NCBI GenBank assembly: GCA_035516175.1
Contig: DATJAO010000008.1
Location: 1,604-65,603 of the forward strand
DNA: 64,000 nucleotides
Source: Nitrospirota bacterium
GTDB lineage: Bacteria; Nitrospirota; UBA9217
Reading direction: 5' to 3'
Below are positions 7,308 to 16,599 of the stretch, one piece after another. The translations under genes and the position numbers were made by a program. Under the pieces are notes generated by a model. The model worked only from the letters and a program-made list of their open reading frames with translations, did not search any database and was not told the DNA's origin. The number at the start of each line of letters is the position of its first letter. The first letter of the stretch is position 1.

Positions 7308-9302
7308 TTAGCGAATTGCCGCCATCGTCTTCTCGGCCTCGTCCCTTCCAGGGAACGCTACTTTTGAAACGAGGGCCGTCTGCAAAAACTGCTTCGCCTT
7401 TTCCGGATTCCCGAGCCGATTGTACGCCATGCCAAGGTGGTAGTTAATGATCGGGTTCCCGGCGCTCCCGTCCTGTGCCTTTTTCAGCAACTCGACGGCC
7501 TGCTGCATATCACCCTTCCGGTAGTGGACCCAACCCAAGGTGTCTAACACCGTCGGATTGTCGGGATTCAGAGATCTCGCCTTCTCGGCAAGCGCAAGGG
7601 CACGGTCAAGGTCCTGTTTTCCACTGCCATACTCGCACAGAAGATAAGCCAGGTCGTTCGTCGTCGACCAGAGATCCGGTTGGATCTGCACGGCCTGTTC
7701 CATTTCGTTTATGGCCTTGCCCCATTTCTTCTGAGTACCGTAGAGGGCGCTCAGTTTGACGTAGATTGCCGGATTTTTTGGCGTGTGACGCTTGATTTCC
7801 AGGTACTCCCCTTCCGCCCTCCGCTCGTCCCCCGCGAGCAGCATCAGGTCTCCCAGATCGGCACGCGCGTCCAGGTCCATGGGATTCGCGGTCAGCAACT
7901 TGCGATACTGCGCTTCGGCATTCTTGAAATCCTTTTGTGCTGTATAGACGCGGGCCATGGCGCGGATCGTCTCGCGGAAGTCCGGTTCGATCTTTAATGC
8001 ATTCTGGAGTGTATCGAAGGCCAGCTTGTACTCCTTGTTCAGGAGATGAGCGTCTGCCAGTCCAACATAGCCGGGAATGAACTGCTGCCGTTCGTTTACC
8101 ACCGTCCTGAACGATGACACAGCCTGAAGAGCTTCCTGTTTCCTGAGATGAATGGTGCCGGCGATAAAGTTGGCATCGACGTTCTTCGGGCTTTCCTTGA
8201 TCACCTCGTCGACATACTTTTTCGCCTTGTCCAAGTCCTGGTGGGTAAGATAGTACTCAGCCAAGGAATTCTTGGCATGCAGAATGTTGGGATTTGCAGG
8301 GTCCCGATCCAACCCCAGGCATTCCTGCAGGACGGCAAGCCCCTGATCGGGGCGATTGTCTGCAAAGTAGAAAGCCCCAAGGACAAAACGGATAGTGAAA
8401 CTCTTTCCATTCTGCCGTATCCCTTCCTTTAATAATTCCTCGCCGTCGCTCGGCCTCTTTCTGGTGAAATAGAATTGGGCCGCCTGGACCCACCGGTCCT
8501 CCTTCTTGGGATCCGCCTGTACAAACGCTCGCAGCACATCCCTTGCCTGCTGCTCCCTGCCAGACTGCCAGTAGATCCCGGCCAGGCTGAGGCGATGCTG
8601 GGTCACCTCCGGTTCAAGCTCGATGACCTTCTGCACTTGGCTTACCGCCTCATCCATCCTATTCTTCTTTATATAAAAATCGGCAAGGCTAAGATACAGG
8701 GGAACGGCTTTCTGATTGTCCTTGATGCCATCCAACAGGACCCGCTCGACGTTCTGTGCGTCATTCTTCTGGGCATAGATCGAGGTCAGCATCAGGTAGC
8801 CCTCGGGTTTATGCACGTCGCGGCCCAGGACAGACTCGAAAAACTGGCGCGCCGCTTCCAACTCCTTTTTCTTCAGCAGTACTGCCCCTTTGAGGATGAG
8901 CGCGTCCTCGTAAGCTGGTTTGTTCTTGAGGACAAGTTCTGCCTTATTCATGGCATCATTGGCATTGCCGCCCGCCAGGAGGAACCATCCAACCTGAACC
9001 TGGGCCTCCCAGTGCTGGGGATTTAGCTCAACAGCCTTGGAAAAGCTGCCAGAAGCTGCGCGGGGGTCCCCGGACTTGAGAGCGGTCATTCCCAGCATGT
9101 AGTAGGCATCGGCATACTTAACATCTATCTGGATCGCGTTGCTGAATTCCAGCCTCGCTTTAGCGTACTCTCCTTTTTCATACAGCACCCTGCCCTTGTT
9201 GTAGAACTTGGCTTTTTTTTGCTCGGGCCCGCCACAGGACACAATCATCATAACTGCGAATAGCGCAACGGTTACCATGAACATCCGGTTCTTCATCCAC
9301 AT
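7308..9302 (-). CDS. TPR-repeat lipoprotein (PrsT-like, PEP-CTERM system associated)
   Basis: Lipobox MIVSCGG, then TPR repeats throughout (A..Y..G......A...F..A....P periodicity). The ATG at 9302 lies 9 nt after GGGGAG. The ORF maximum is 9311 (GTG). Confidence 0.75.
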   Translation of the reverse strand: MWMKNRMFMVTVALFAVMMIVSCGGPEQKKAKFYNKGRVLYEKGEYAKARLEFSNAIQIDVKYADAYYMLGMTALKSGDPRAASGSFSKAVELNPQHWEAQVQVGWFLLAGGNANDAMNKAELVLKNKPAYEDALILKGAVLLKKKELEAARQFFESVLGRDVHKPEGYLMLTSIYAQKNDAQNVERVLLDGIKDNQKAVPLYLSLADFYIKKNRMDEAVSQVQKVIELEPEVTQHRLSLAGIYWQSGREQQARDVLRAFVQADPKKEDRWVQAAQFYFTRKRPSDGEELLKEGIRQNGKSFTIRFVLGAFYFADNRPDQGLAVLQECLGLDRDPANPNILHAKNSLAEYYLTHQDLDKAKKYVDEVIKESPKNVDANFIAGTIHLRKQEALQAVSSFRTVVNERQQFIPGYVGLADAHLLNKEYKLAFDTLQNALKIEPDFRETIRAMARVYTAQKDFKNAEAQYRKLLTANPMDLDARADLGDLMLLAGDERRAEGEYLEIKRHTPKNPAIYVKLSALYGTQKKWGKAINEMEQAVQIQPDLWSTTNDLAYLLCEYGSGKQDLDRALALAEKARSLNPDNPTVLDTLGWVHYRKGDMQQAVELLKKAQDGSAGNPIINYHLGMAYNRLGNPEKAKQFLQTALVSKVAFPGRDEAEKTMAAIR

Positions 9303-9439
9303 GTTCAACACCTCCCCTTTTCCATAGCCGGTATCTAATAAACTGCGGCAATTGTTTACGTTTATCGGGTCATGTATCGTTCGGGCGATACCTGTTCGGT
9401 CCTGACCCGGATGGATCCGTACCCGCTGAAAACCCCTTG

Positions 9440-11083
9440 TCAGACTCCCACGTATCCCCGTACACCGAGGACCAGTGTTACCAAAAACGTCGCCGTCGCA
9501 AGGACATCAAAACTTTCCCGAAGCTCATTGATCAGCACTTCGTAGCCGAAGAAGAACACGATGATCTCCACTGCCAACAGTCCCAGGTTGAAATGCTGCA
9601 CAAGCTGACCCGTCAGGTTGGGTACGGTCACGGCAATGAAGATGATTAGAAAGTCCATGGTAGACATTCTGAATCCTTTCGATCGCCTCGAGAACTTGAC
9701 CGTGAGTATTATGAACAGCGCAATGATGCCGAAGCACAACCGGTAGAGGAATAGCGCCTGCTCGTTCATCCAGGAAGACCTTCCTTCCTCGATGCAATAG
9801 AGAACGAGGGGAATAGTCAGGTACAGCACCAGGCGCAGACACCCACCCAGGAATTTCTTCCCAGCAAAGAAGACTCCCAGGATCAACACGCTAGCGCAGA
9901 GGGCCGTGTTAGACACATAGACGGGAATCCGCGCTGGAATGAAGCAGGAGGCCAAAAAGAGGAGTGGGATGGCTAGCTTCGATACACCAAAGGATACCCT
10001 GATAACAAAGTAACTCTCCCTGATCTTCCGCAGCCAACCTTTGACCACCTTCTCGATCTCGGGAAAGCGCGGCAGCCGAAGGACCTTGCGGTCCGCCGCA
10101 GCGAACAGGCTTAGCATAGCCACGCAGAAACCACTATAGCCAGCCACGAGAAGCCAGTCGGAATAATATCTAAAGAAGATGGCTGACAGGATCATCAACG
10201 CCTGGATCAAATAGATGACGAACACTGCCTCGGAGTGGGAAAGCCCGAAGCTGATCAGTCGGTGATGAAAATGATTCTTGTCCGGTGAAAAAGGAGATCT
10301 CCCCTGGTTGATTCTCTGCACCATTACGGTCAGGGTATCGAGCACGGGAAGTCCGAGGATAATGAGAGGCAGTACCGGGCTCAAGGGAGTATTGCCTTGA
10401 GTCGTCTTGACCGCTAGTACGATAGCGGTGAACCCCAAAAGTTGACTTCCAGTATCTCCCATAAAGAGGCTGGCAGGATGGGTGTTGAACCGGAGAAATC
10501 CGAATATCGCCCCGGCCACGGCCATGGTTATGAGCAGGACCGTGTTGCTGCCATCGAGATAGGCGAGATAGCCTATGCAGCAGAAGCTTAGTAGCGAGAC
10601 CCCCCCAGCCAGTCCGTCGAGGCCGTCAGCCAGGTTCAGGGCGTTCGTGACGCCGACTATTACCACCAGCGAGAGCGCAATCTTCATCCATTCGGTCAGT
10701 TGCATCTCACCTGGCAGCAGGCTGCCAAGGGAACTGATCTTAAGCCCGCCATAGAATATGATAACCAGGGCTGCGAGGATCTGTCCGCCGAACTTCGTCT
10801 TGTAATTGAGCCCTTTCATATCGTCGATTAATCCGAAGAGTATCAGGATACTCGTTGCAGCTATAAAGGCACGCACGAACTCGTCAGCTATGGTCCAGAG
10901 AATGATGGGGATGAAGACACCGACGGCCATTGCTAGCCCCCCGATCCTCGGCACCGGCCGGACATGGATCTTCCGGGGGTTAGGAAGGTCCACAACCTGG
11001 TACCTGTCCGCAAACCTGATCATCATAGGTATCAGGCTGACGGTGATAAAAATGGAAATAAGAAGTGTCGAAAAATAAATCAT
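9440..11083 (-). CDS. GT4-family polyprenyl-phosphate N-acetylhexosamine-1-phosphate transferase (WecA/WbpL/MraY-like) with an extra C-terminal membrane region
   Basis: Motifs DDMKGL, NALNLADGLDGLAGG, FMGDTGSQLLGF and DKNHFHHRL. About 190 additional hydrophobic residues follow the catalytic core. Confidence 0.85.
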   Translation of the reverse strand: MIYFSTLLISIFITVSLIPMMIRFADRYQVVDLPNPRKIHVRPVPRIGGLAMAVGVFIPIILWTIADEFVRAFIAATSILILFGLIDDMKGLNYKTKFGGQILAALVIIFYGGLKISSLGSLLPGEMQLTEWMKIALSLVVIVGVTNALNLADGLDGLAGGVSLLSFCCIGYLAYLDGSNTVLLITMAVAGAIFGFLRFNTHPASLFMGDTGSQLLGFTAIVLAVKTTQGNTPLSPVLPLIILGLPVLDTLTVMVQRINQGRSPFSPDKNHFHHRLISFGLSHSEAVFVIYLIQALMILSAIFFRYYSDWLLVAGYSGFCVAMLSLFAAADRKVLRLPRFPEIEKVVKGWLRKIRESYFVIRVSFGVSKLAIPLLFLASCFIPARIPVYVSNTALCASVLILGVFFAGKKFLGGCLRLVLYLTIPLVLYCIEEGRSSWMNEQALFLYRLCFGIIALFIILTVKFSRRSKGFRMSTMDFLIIFIAVTVPNLTGQLVQHFNLGLLAVEIIVFFFGYEVLINELRESFDVLATATFLVTLVLGVRGYVGV

Positions 11084-11147
11084 ATGTATTGCCCAGCGAC
11101 AAAGAACAGAGGTATATATTGAACGTCGCTTATAACGATTAGGGTCC

Positions 11148-12746
11148 TTACGTACCCTGTGCCGGAATAAACTCGTTTAAAGTTGGTATAATGTCCTTTA
11201 CAAAACTTTGTAGTCTTATTTCTGCATCGTCAATCTTTTCAGATGAATATATCGGTGTTATCACGCGGATCAATGCGCCGTCCGTCCTCATTCTTACTAA
11301 GGCATCCCAAAAGTTATAAATCTTTATTTCATAAACGTTCGTCAAAATGCGGCCGCGTTGATTAAACCAGTAATACACCAATTGACTGCTCCCGCCCTTC
11401 TCCATTATGGCGCGCATAACGGTAATCGACGACGAAGATTCCCCGGACAAAGGTATGGTCAATGTTCCGGCCTCCTTGAAGATCCAGCCGCTGCCGGGCA
11501 AGCAGGTTTCAGGAGTATGAATGGATTTGCCTTTGCGCTGACTTTCATAATATGCTACGTATATATTGACGGGCGGGCTATTCGGTTTGGTGTAATTGAT
11601 GACTGTATAATCGGTAAATTCAAGCACATCGATAAATTCCTGACCCAAAAACTGGTGTGTGCCTTGCCAATCGCCAATCAGAAGCGGGAATTTGCTGAAC
11701 GACCGGGTGATTGGTTGTTTTTCTCTGAAATCGATAAAAGAATGTATACCTATTGTGACGGCAAGAAGAGAAGCTGCAACAATGAATTGAGGCTGTTTGA
11801 AGAAGACATTCGCATTTTTCTCAGCACGATTGTCTGCTTCCAAAGGAGCCGAATGTTCGCGAGCGGTCTTGACAGCAACTTTCTCCCTCATGAAATGTTC
11901 GTCAGGGAGCGGCAGAATCCTGCGCAATATCCAAACCTCTGCTAACAGGACACTGAGAGAGATCATGAAAATGGCCCAGCCCGAAAAATCATGAAAGAAC
12001 CCATCCGCAGCTGCGCGGCCTAGGACTGGATAAAGAACAGCCGTTAATACAATTCTGAGGCTATTGGTGATAATGGATAAGGGAATTGTTGAGAGTATGA
12101 TAATAACTCTCTTCCAAAGCGCTGCGTTGTAAAAATAAGCCATCATCAAGCCCAATAAGACAAGAGGGAAAAGGTATCGTAGTCCGCTGCACGCATCCAC
12201 AACTTGAAGTTGAGTGAACCCCAAATCAATAATATTCCCTTCCCGATATGCCGACATTCCTAGGAATTGAATCATGGTAACGCCGAGTTTCGACGACAGC
12301 AGCCTGAGGTTGAAAGTAAGCTTCGTATTCATGAAGTGCGGCAGCGGGAAGAGAAACAAAGATACGCAAATCGGGAAAGCCATGATTTTCAGTTTCTTCC
12401 ATCCTGCATGCGCCCAGAGAAGCCCTACGGAGACAAGCCACGAAGAAATATACATGGAAAAATATTCTCCGGCCAGTTCTCCGACCCAGAACAGGAGAAT
12501 ACCAAGTAGGACGACAATTAACCCAACCCAGGATGGCACACTTGGTACTTTTAGCCATGTATTCTTTTTCTCCCATATCAGGTAGAGAACAACTAGCGGA
12601 ACGAAGTAGCAATAGTTATAATCACCTCTGGCCCAATCATGTCCCACAAGCCAGCTATGCGAAGAATAATAAATTATGGACAGCAAGAGCCCATAAATAG
12701 CTCCATACCAAACGGCTTGTGACCTTGTCACAGGCATCATCTTCAA
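11148..12746 (-). CDS. Exosortase (EpsH family) fused to an EpsI-family domain
   Basis: Exosortase catalytic motifs VVDACSGLRYL, ITNSLRIVL and FHDFSGWAIF in a polytopic N-terminal half. The C-terminal half matches the EpsI pattern: FPLLIGDWQG, NIYVAYYESQRKGKSIHTPETCLPGSGW. Confidence 0.85.
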   Translation of the reverse strand: MKMMPVTRSQAVWYGAIYGLLLSIIYYSSHSWLVGHDWARGDYNYCYFVPLVVLYLIWEKKNTWLKVPSVPSWVGLIVVLLGILLFWVGELAGEYFSMYISSWLVSVGLLWAHAGWKKLKIMAFPICVSLFLFPLPHFMNTKLTFNLRLLSSKLGVTMIQFLGMSAYREGNIIDLGFTQLQVVDACSGLRYLFPLVLLGLMMAYFYNAALWKRVIIILSTIPLSIITNSLRIVLTAVLYPVLGRAAADGFFHDFSGWAIFMISLSVLLAEVWILRRILPLPDEHFMREKVAVKTAREHSAPLEADNRAEKNANVFFKQPQFIVAASLLAVTIGIHSFIDFREKQPITRSFSKFPLLIGDWQGTHQFLGQEFIDVLEFTDYTVINYTKPNSPPVNIYVAYYESQRKGKSIHTPETCLPGSGWIFKEAGTLTIPLSGESSSSITVMRAIMEKGGSSQLVYYWFNQRGRILTNVYEIKIYNFWDALVRMRTDGALIRVITPIYSSEKIDDAEIRLQSFVKDIIPTLNEFIPAQGT

Positions 12747-12758
12747 TTATCGCTCTCC

Positions 12759-13874
12759 TCAGAAATTATTTGAATCCTGCGGTCCAAATCCAGAAAGAAT
12801 GAACCAAATGCGCTCAGCGGCATGACCATCCCATTTTGGCGGTACTGAAGCATGCGCCTTCTTCTTAAGGCTCTCTCTATAGGCGTTTACTATGCGCGCC
12901 CGCGTTGTTCCAGAGAGCACATTTGTGCCTATCTTAACCGTGATAGGCCGCTCCGTATTGTCCCTGATCGTAACACACGGGATACTTAATGCCGTTGTCT
13001 CTTCCTGGAGCCCCCCACTGTCAGTAAAAACAACCTCGGCATCTTTCCAGAGGAAAAGTGATTCTATGAAGCCAAGGGGGGGCAAAAGAATAATCCGTTC
13101 AGAAAATTCTATATTGAATTGATCAGCCATCTTCTGCGTCCTCGGGTGAACCGGGAAAATGATAGGGAGGTTCTCGGCAATCTCATTAAGGGCGGAAACA
13201 ATGCCCTGAAACGTCTCACAATTGTCGACATTTGAAGGCCTATGCAGGGTCATAAAGGCGAATCTCTTTTGTTCTTGCTTCAGAGCATAAACGCCGAACT
13301 TCTGAGTATCGACTGTCCCATTGTTCAACTTGTCAACCTGATAAAGCAAGTTATCAATCATCACATTACCGACAAAATGAATACTCTCCTGCGGCTTCCC
13401 TTCCCTCAATAGGTTTTCGATCCCGCTTTCTTCGGTAACGAGAAAATCATCGGATATTGCATCCGTAACCATCCTATTGATCTCTTCCGGCATAGTAATG
13501 TCAAAGCTTCGAAGCCCGGCTTCAACATGAGCCACCCTGATTTGGAGCTTCTTCGCTGCAATGCTGCACGCCAGAGTGGAGTTTACGTCACCCACAACTA
13601 TGACCAGGTCCGGTTTCTCCGTCTCGCAGACGGCCTCGAACGCCGTCATGATTTTCGCCGTCTGCACCGCATGCGTACCGGACCCCACATTAAGAAAGTA
13701 ATCCGGCGCGGGCAATTCCAGGTCATCGAAAAAAGACTGCGACATTGCATAATCGTAATGCTGTCCGGTATGGACGATTTTGCACACGATCTCTTCGTGC
13801 TTTGTCGATTCGCGGTATATTGGCGCAATCTTCATGAAATTGGGCCGGGCCCCTGCAATGAGGTACACTTTCAT
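12759..13874 (-). CDS. wecB: UDP-N-acetylglucosamine 2-epimerase (non-hydrolysing)
   Basis: MKVYLIAGARPNFMKIAP, GDVNSTLA, HVEAGLRSFD, PEEINR and DSGGLQEE. The start is refined to the ATG at 13874; the ORF maximum of 14027 overlaps the upstream gene. Confidence 0.9.
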   Translation of the reverse strand: MKVYLIAGARPNFMKIAPIYRESTKHEEIVCKIVHTGQHYDYAMSQSFFDDLELPAPDYFLNVGSGTHAVQTAKIMTAFEAVCETEKPDLVIVVGDVNSTLACSIAAKKLQIRVAHVEAGLRSFDITMPEEINRMVTDAISDDFLVTEESGIENLLREGKPQESIHFVGNVMIDNLLYQVDKLNNGTVDTQKFGVYALKQEQKRFAFMTLHRPSNVDNCETFQGIVSALNEIAENLPIIFPVHPRTQKMADQFNIEFSERIILLPPLGFIESLFLWKDAEVVFTDSGGLQEETTALSIPCVTIRDNTERPITVKIGTNVLSGTTRARIVNAYRESLKKKAHASVPPKWDGHAAERIWFILSGFGPQDSNNF

Positions 13875-13906
13875 AGTAAACTCCGCTTGGCGTGGAATAG
13901 CCCGTA

Positions 13907-14674
13907 TTACGCCCTCGCTATGGTAAAGATGCCTTTCAATTTTTCGATGACCAAGAGAGCAACAAAAAGGGGCAGTAACCTTTGCCGCTTGAATCTTTTC
14001 GGCTCTGACAGCAGCCGGTAAAGCCATTCGGCGTTATACCGACACCAGATTTCCGGTGCACGTTTCACCTTTCCTGCAATAGTATCGAGAGTGCCGCCGA
14101 TACCCTGGCAGACTCGCACGTTCTTCAATGATTCTTTATTGGTGGCAAACCATTTTTCCTGCTTCGGAGATCCAAGAGCGATAAAAAGAACTGTCGCGCC
14201 CGAGTCATTGATCTGGCAGATCAAGTCGGCCATACCCTCATCCTTGACGTATCCGTTGGCCCGTCCTACGATCCGAAGCCCGTGAAAACGCTGTTCAAGA
14301 ACACAGCATGCCCTCGCATTCACTTCCTCACTGGCGCCGTACACGAAAACCCCATGGCCATCGCTCGCCGCCAGACTGCAGATATCAAAGATGAACTCTG
14401 ACCCGGGGATCCGTGAAAATCTTTTACCATGCAAAACTCTTGCAGCAAGGACCATTCCTATCCCGTCCGGCAGCAGAATATCCGCCTCCCTGTACGCGTC
14501 AAAAAGCACAGGATTTGCCGGTACCGAAAAATTCTTCTCCGGGTTGCTGGCAAACACGGCATGGGGCTTCGTACCGTGATCCAGGAACTGCTTCACCTTG
14601 TCCCGCGCCTCGTCTCGCGTCAGAGGATCAACCCAGATATTCAGAATCTTTAATCGCCCATTCGCATTCTGCAT
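13907..14674 (-). CDS. WecG/TagA/CpsF-family (GT26) glycosyltransferase
   Basis: LLPDGIGMVLAARVLHGKRFSRIPGSEF and LFIALGSPKQEKW. Start taken at MQNANGRLKILNIW. Confidence 0.85.
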   Translation of the reverse strand: MQNANGRLKILNIWVDPLTRDEARDKVKQFLDHGTKPHAVFASNPEKNFSVPANPVLFDAYREADILLPDGIGMVLAARVLHGKRFSRIPGSEFIFDICSLAASDGHGVFVYGASEEVNARACCVLEQRFHGLRIVGRANGYVKDEGMADLICQINDSGATVLFIALGSPKQEKWFATNKESLKNVRVCQGIGGTLDTIAGKVKRAPEIWCRYNAEWLYRLLSEPKRFKRQRLLPLFVALLVIEKLKGIFTIARA

Positions 14675-16599
14675 ATGACCTTCCCGATCTGTTCTGCTCC
14701 CCTCCTCATCCCTGTACAAATCACTGTAACGAATTCTGTTTCCGCAGGTTCACCCTTTACGGTCAGCGTAAGCACGGAACTGGCCTCCTTAATGCCATAC
14801 TGCGAAGAATGCCACCCCTGAATCGGATCTGTCCTGCCGCGGAGCAGATCGAATTCTTTTCCACCCATGAATCTCATAAACAGTACACAATCACCATGTT
14901 CAATCCTCCACAATCCATCTCCCTCTGGCTTGGCCACAGCATTCGGATGCAGATGCCAATTCAGTTCGAATTCATGGATCCCTCTCCCAGCGAAGCGGTC
15001 GCGGACAAGAAAAACCGAATCGTCTGCATGCCAAATCGCCCGCCGGTGGACAACAGGACGATCAAGCCGTACATATCCGTTGTGCTCAGCCTCGATGAGG
15101 AAAATTCCGTCCGACTTATCGTTATGAATGACGCGGACTGCGTAAGGCCGGCTCCAAACGAAAGCTGTCTCCTGATAAGCCTGGTCCTTCCCGTCGATCG
15201 TAACGGTATTATGCGCGCGAGTACTCTTGAAATGCTGTCGCCATTTTTGCTCTCCGTTGTATAGACAGGTTCCGGCATCCACGAGAAATCCCCGGTCTCC
15301 TATCGAAAGCGTCAGCGAAAGGGCGTCCGCATGGCCATGGTTATAGAGAGGCGGCATTCCGAGGGGGCCGTGATCGAAAGCCAGAAGACCTCTCAGTGGC
15401 GTTCTGATGACGGTATAACCTGCCTCGGGAAACGTCTTTACGATGCCGTCACCGCAAGCCTCCGGCTGCCGTTTCGGCCTCACGCCAGGTGCCACGGCAT
15501 GGCCGTCATCGCTGTCCCCGATTGATGGAAGGATTCCGCGTTCATCTCGGAAAAAGCCAAGGAATGTCTCGGCCCGGACGAGTCTTTGCTTCAGCGTGCT
15601 GCAATCCACAAGGGCATTCTTCTCGAGGAAATCGGTTGCCAGCCAGATGATATCGAGAACAAACCTGTGGTACGCGAAGGACTGCTCGATAGGACCGCCG
15701 TCGTCCAGGATCTGTCGATGCGCTTCCTTTTTGAAGAGCCGAACACCCGATTCCAGCCATTTCCGCCCTTCCTCGCTTTCCTGTAAGACAGCCCCGGCGA
15801 ACACAAGCCCCAGACATTCACATAGCGTGTGGTTTCCGAGAGATGAATAAAGCGAAAGGTTCCGCGACACCCACCACGCGTGTTCATAGAGGGCCTTAAT
15901 AATTTCCCGGTGCTCCATGGTTGTCAGATTGTCCAGAATCTTCAGTGCGTAATAAAACACGGGCATACGCAGACCGCACTCCATGGGAGACATATAGTGG
16001 GGTCCACGGAGAAAAGGGTTTTGACGTATCCATGTCAGAACAGCAGCCCGGGCAAAGGATTTGACAACACGAAGGTCTTGATGTCGTGGGTTCTGGTGGA
16101 TATGAATCAAGAGAATAGTCAGATGCTGCAGACGGGCAGGCTCCCAGACCATCCTGATATCTGGCTTTTCCGGGGTGAGCCGGATGTCAGCAAAATACGT
16201 TCCCCTCTGTTCCGCTTCGAATTGTTCGATGAGTTCTTTCTTTCCGTTCAATAAATAGGTCATGCCTCCGAGTATGGCCTCGATGACCGTTTCATCTGCT
16301 TCCATGACGAAAGAGGGCATCTGGAGATTTGGGGTCCTAGATCCATCCAACAGCGAGGCAGGGATCACCTTATTAAATGTTCCTGCACTGCTCCTCATAC
16401 GCCGGACCGTGAACGCCTGGTTGATCCGGTAGGATATTTCCTTGAGGGAAGCGTTTTTTATCCTGGCTGTGTAAGATTTAATGTTGCGGTTGGGAAGCAT
16501 CCCGTGCGATTCCTGCTCTTGATTATTATTGAAGTTGATATCCTGCGCCCTCCTTATGGTGGGTTGAGGAGGGTCCTTTGACCAGTTTGCTGCTCTCAC
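14650..16599 (-). CDS. Heparinase II/III-like (alginate-lyase fold) protein
   Basis: The YNHGHADALSLTL motif is typical of the heparinase II/III C-terminal domain, preceded by an alpha-rich N-terminal half. The start is either the GTG at 16599 (GTGA overlap with the upstream stop) or the ATG at 16500. Confidence 0.75.
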   Translation of the reverse strand: MRAANWSKDPPQPTIRRAQDINFNNNQEQESHGMLPNRNIKSYTARIKNASLKEISYRINQAFTVRRMRSSAGTFNKVIPASLLDGSRTPNLQMPSFVMEADETVIEAILGGMTYLLNGKKELIEQFEAEQRGTYFADIRLTPEKPDIRMVWEPARLQHLTILLIHIHQNPRHQDLRVVKSFARAAVLTWIRQNPFLRGPHYMSPMECGLRMPVFYYALKILDNLTTMEHREIIKALYEHAWWVSRNLSLYSSLGNHTLCECLGLVFAGAVLQESEEGRKWLESGVRLFKKEAHRQILDDGGPIEQSFAYHRFVLDIIWLATDFLEKNALVDCSTLKQRLVRAETFLGFFRDERGILPSIGDSDDGHAVAPGVRPKRQPEACGDGIVKTFPEAGYTVIRTPLRGLLAFDHGPLGMPPLYNHGHADALSLTLSIGDRGFLVDAGTCLYNGEQKWRQHFKSTRAHNTVTIDGKDQAYQETAFVWSRPYAVRVIHNDKSDGIFLIEAEHNGYVRLDRPVVHRRAIWHADDSVFLVRDRFAGRGIHEFELNWHLHPNAVAKPEGDGLWRIEHGDCVLFMRFMGGKEFDLLRGRTDPIQGWHSSQYGIKEASSVLTLTVKGEPAETEFVTVICTGMRRGAEQIGKVICRMRMGD

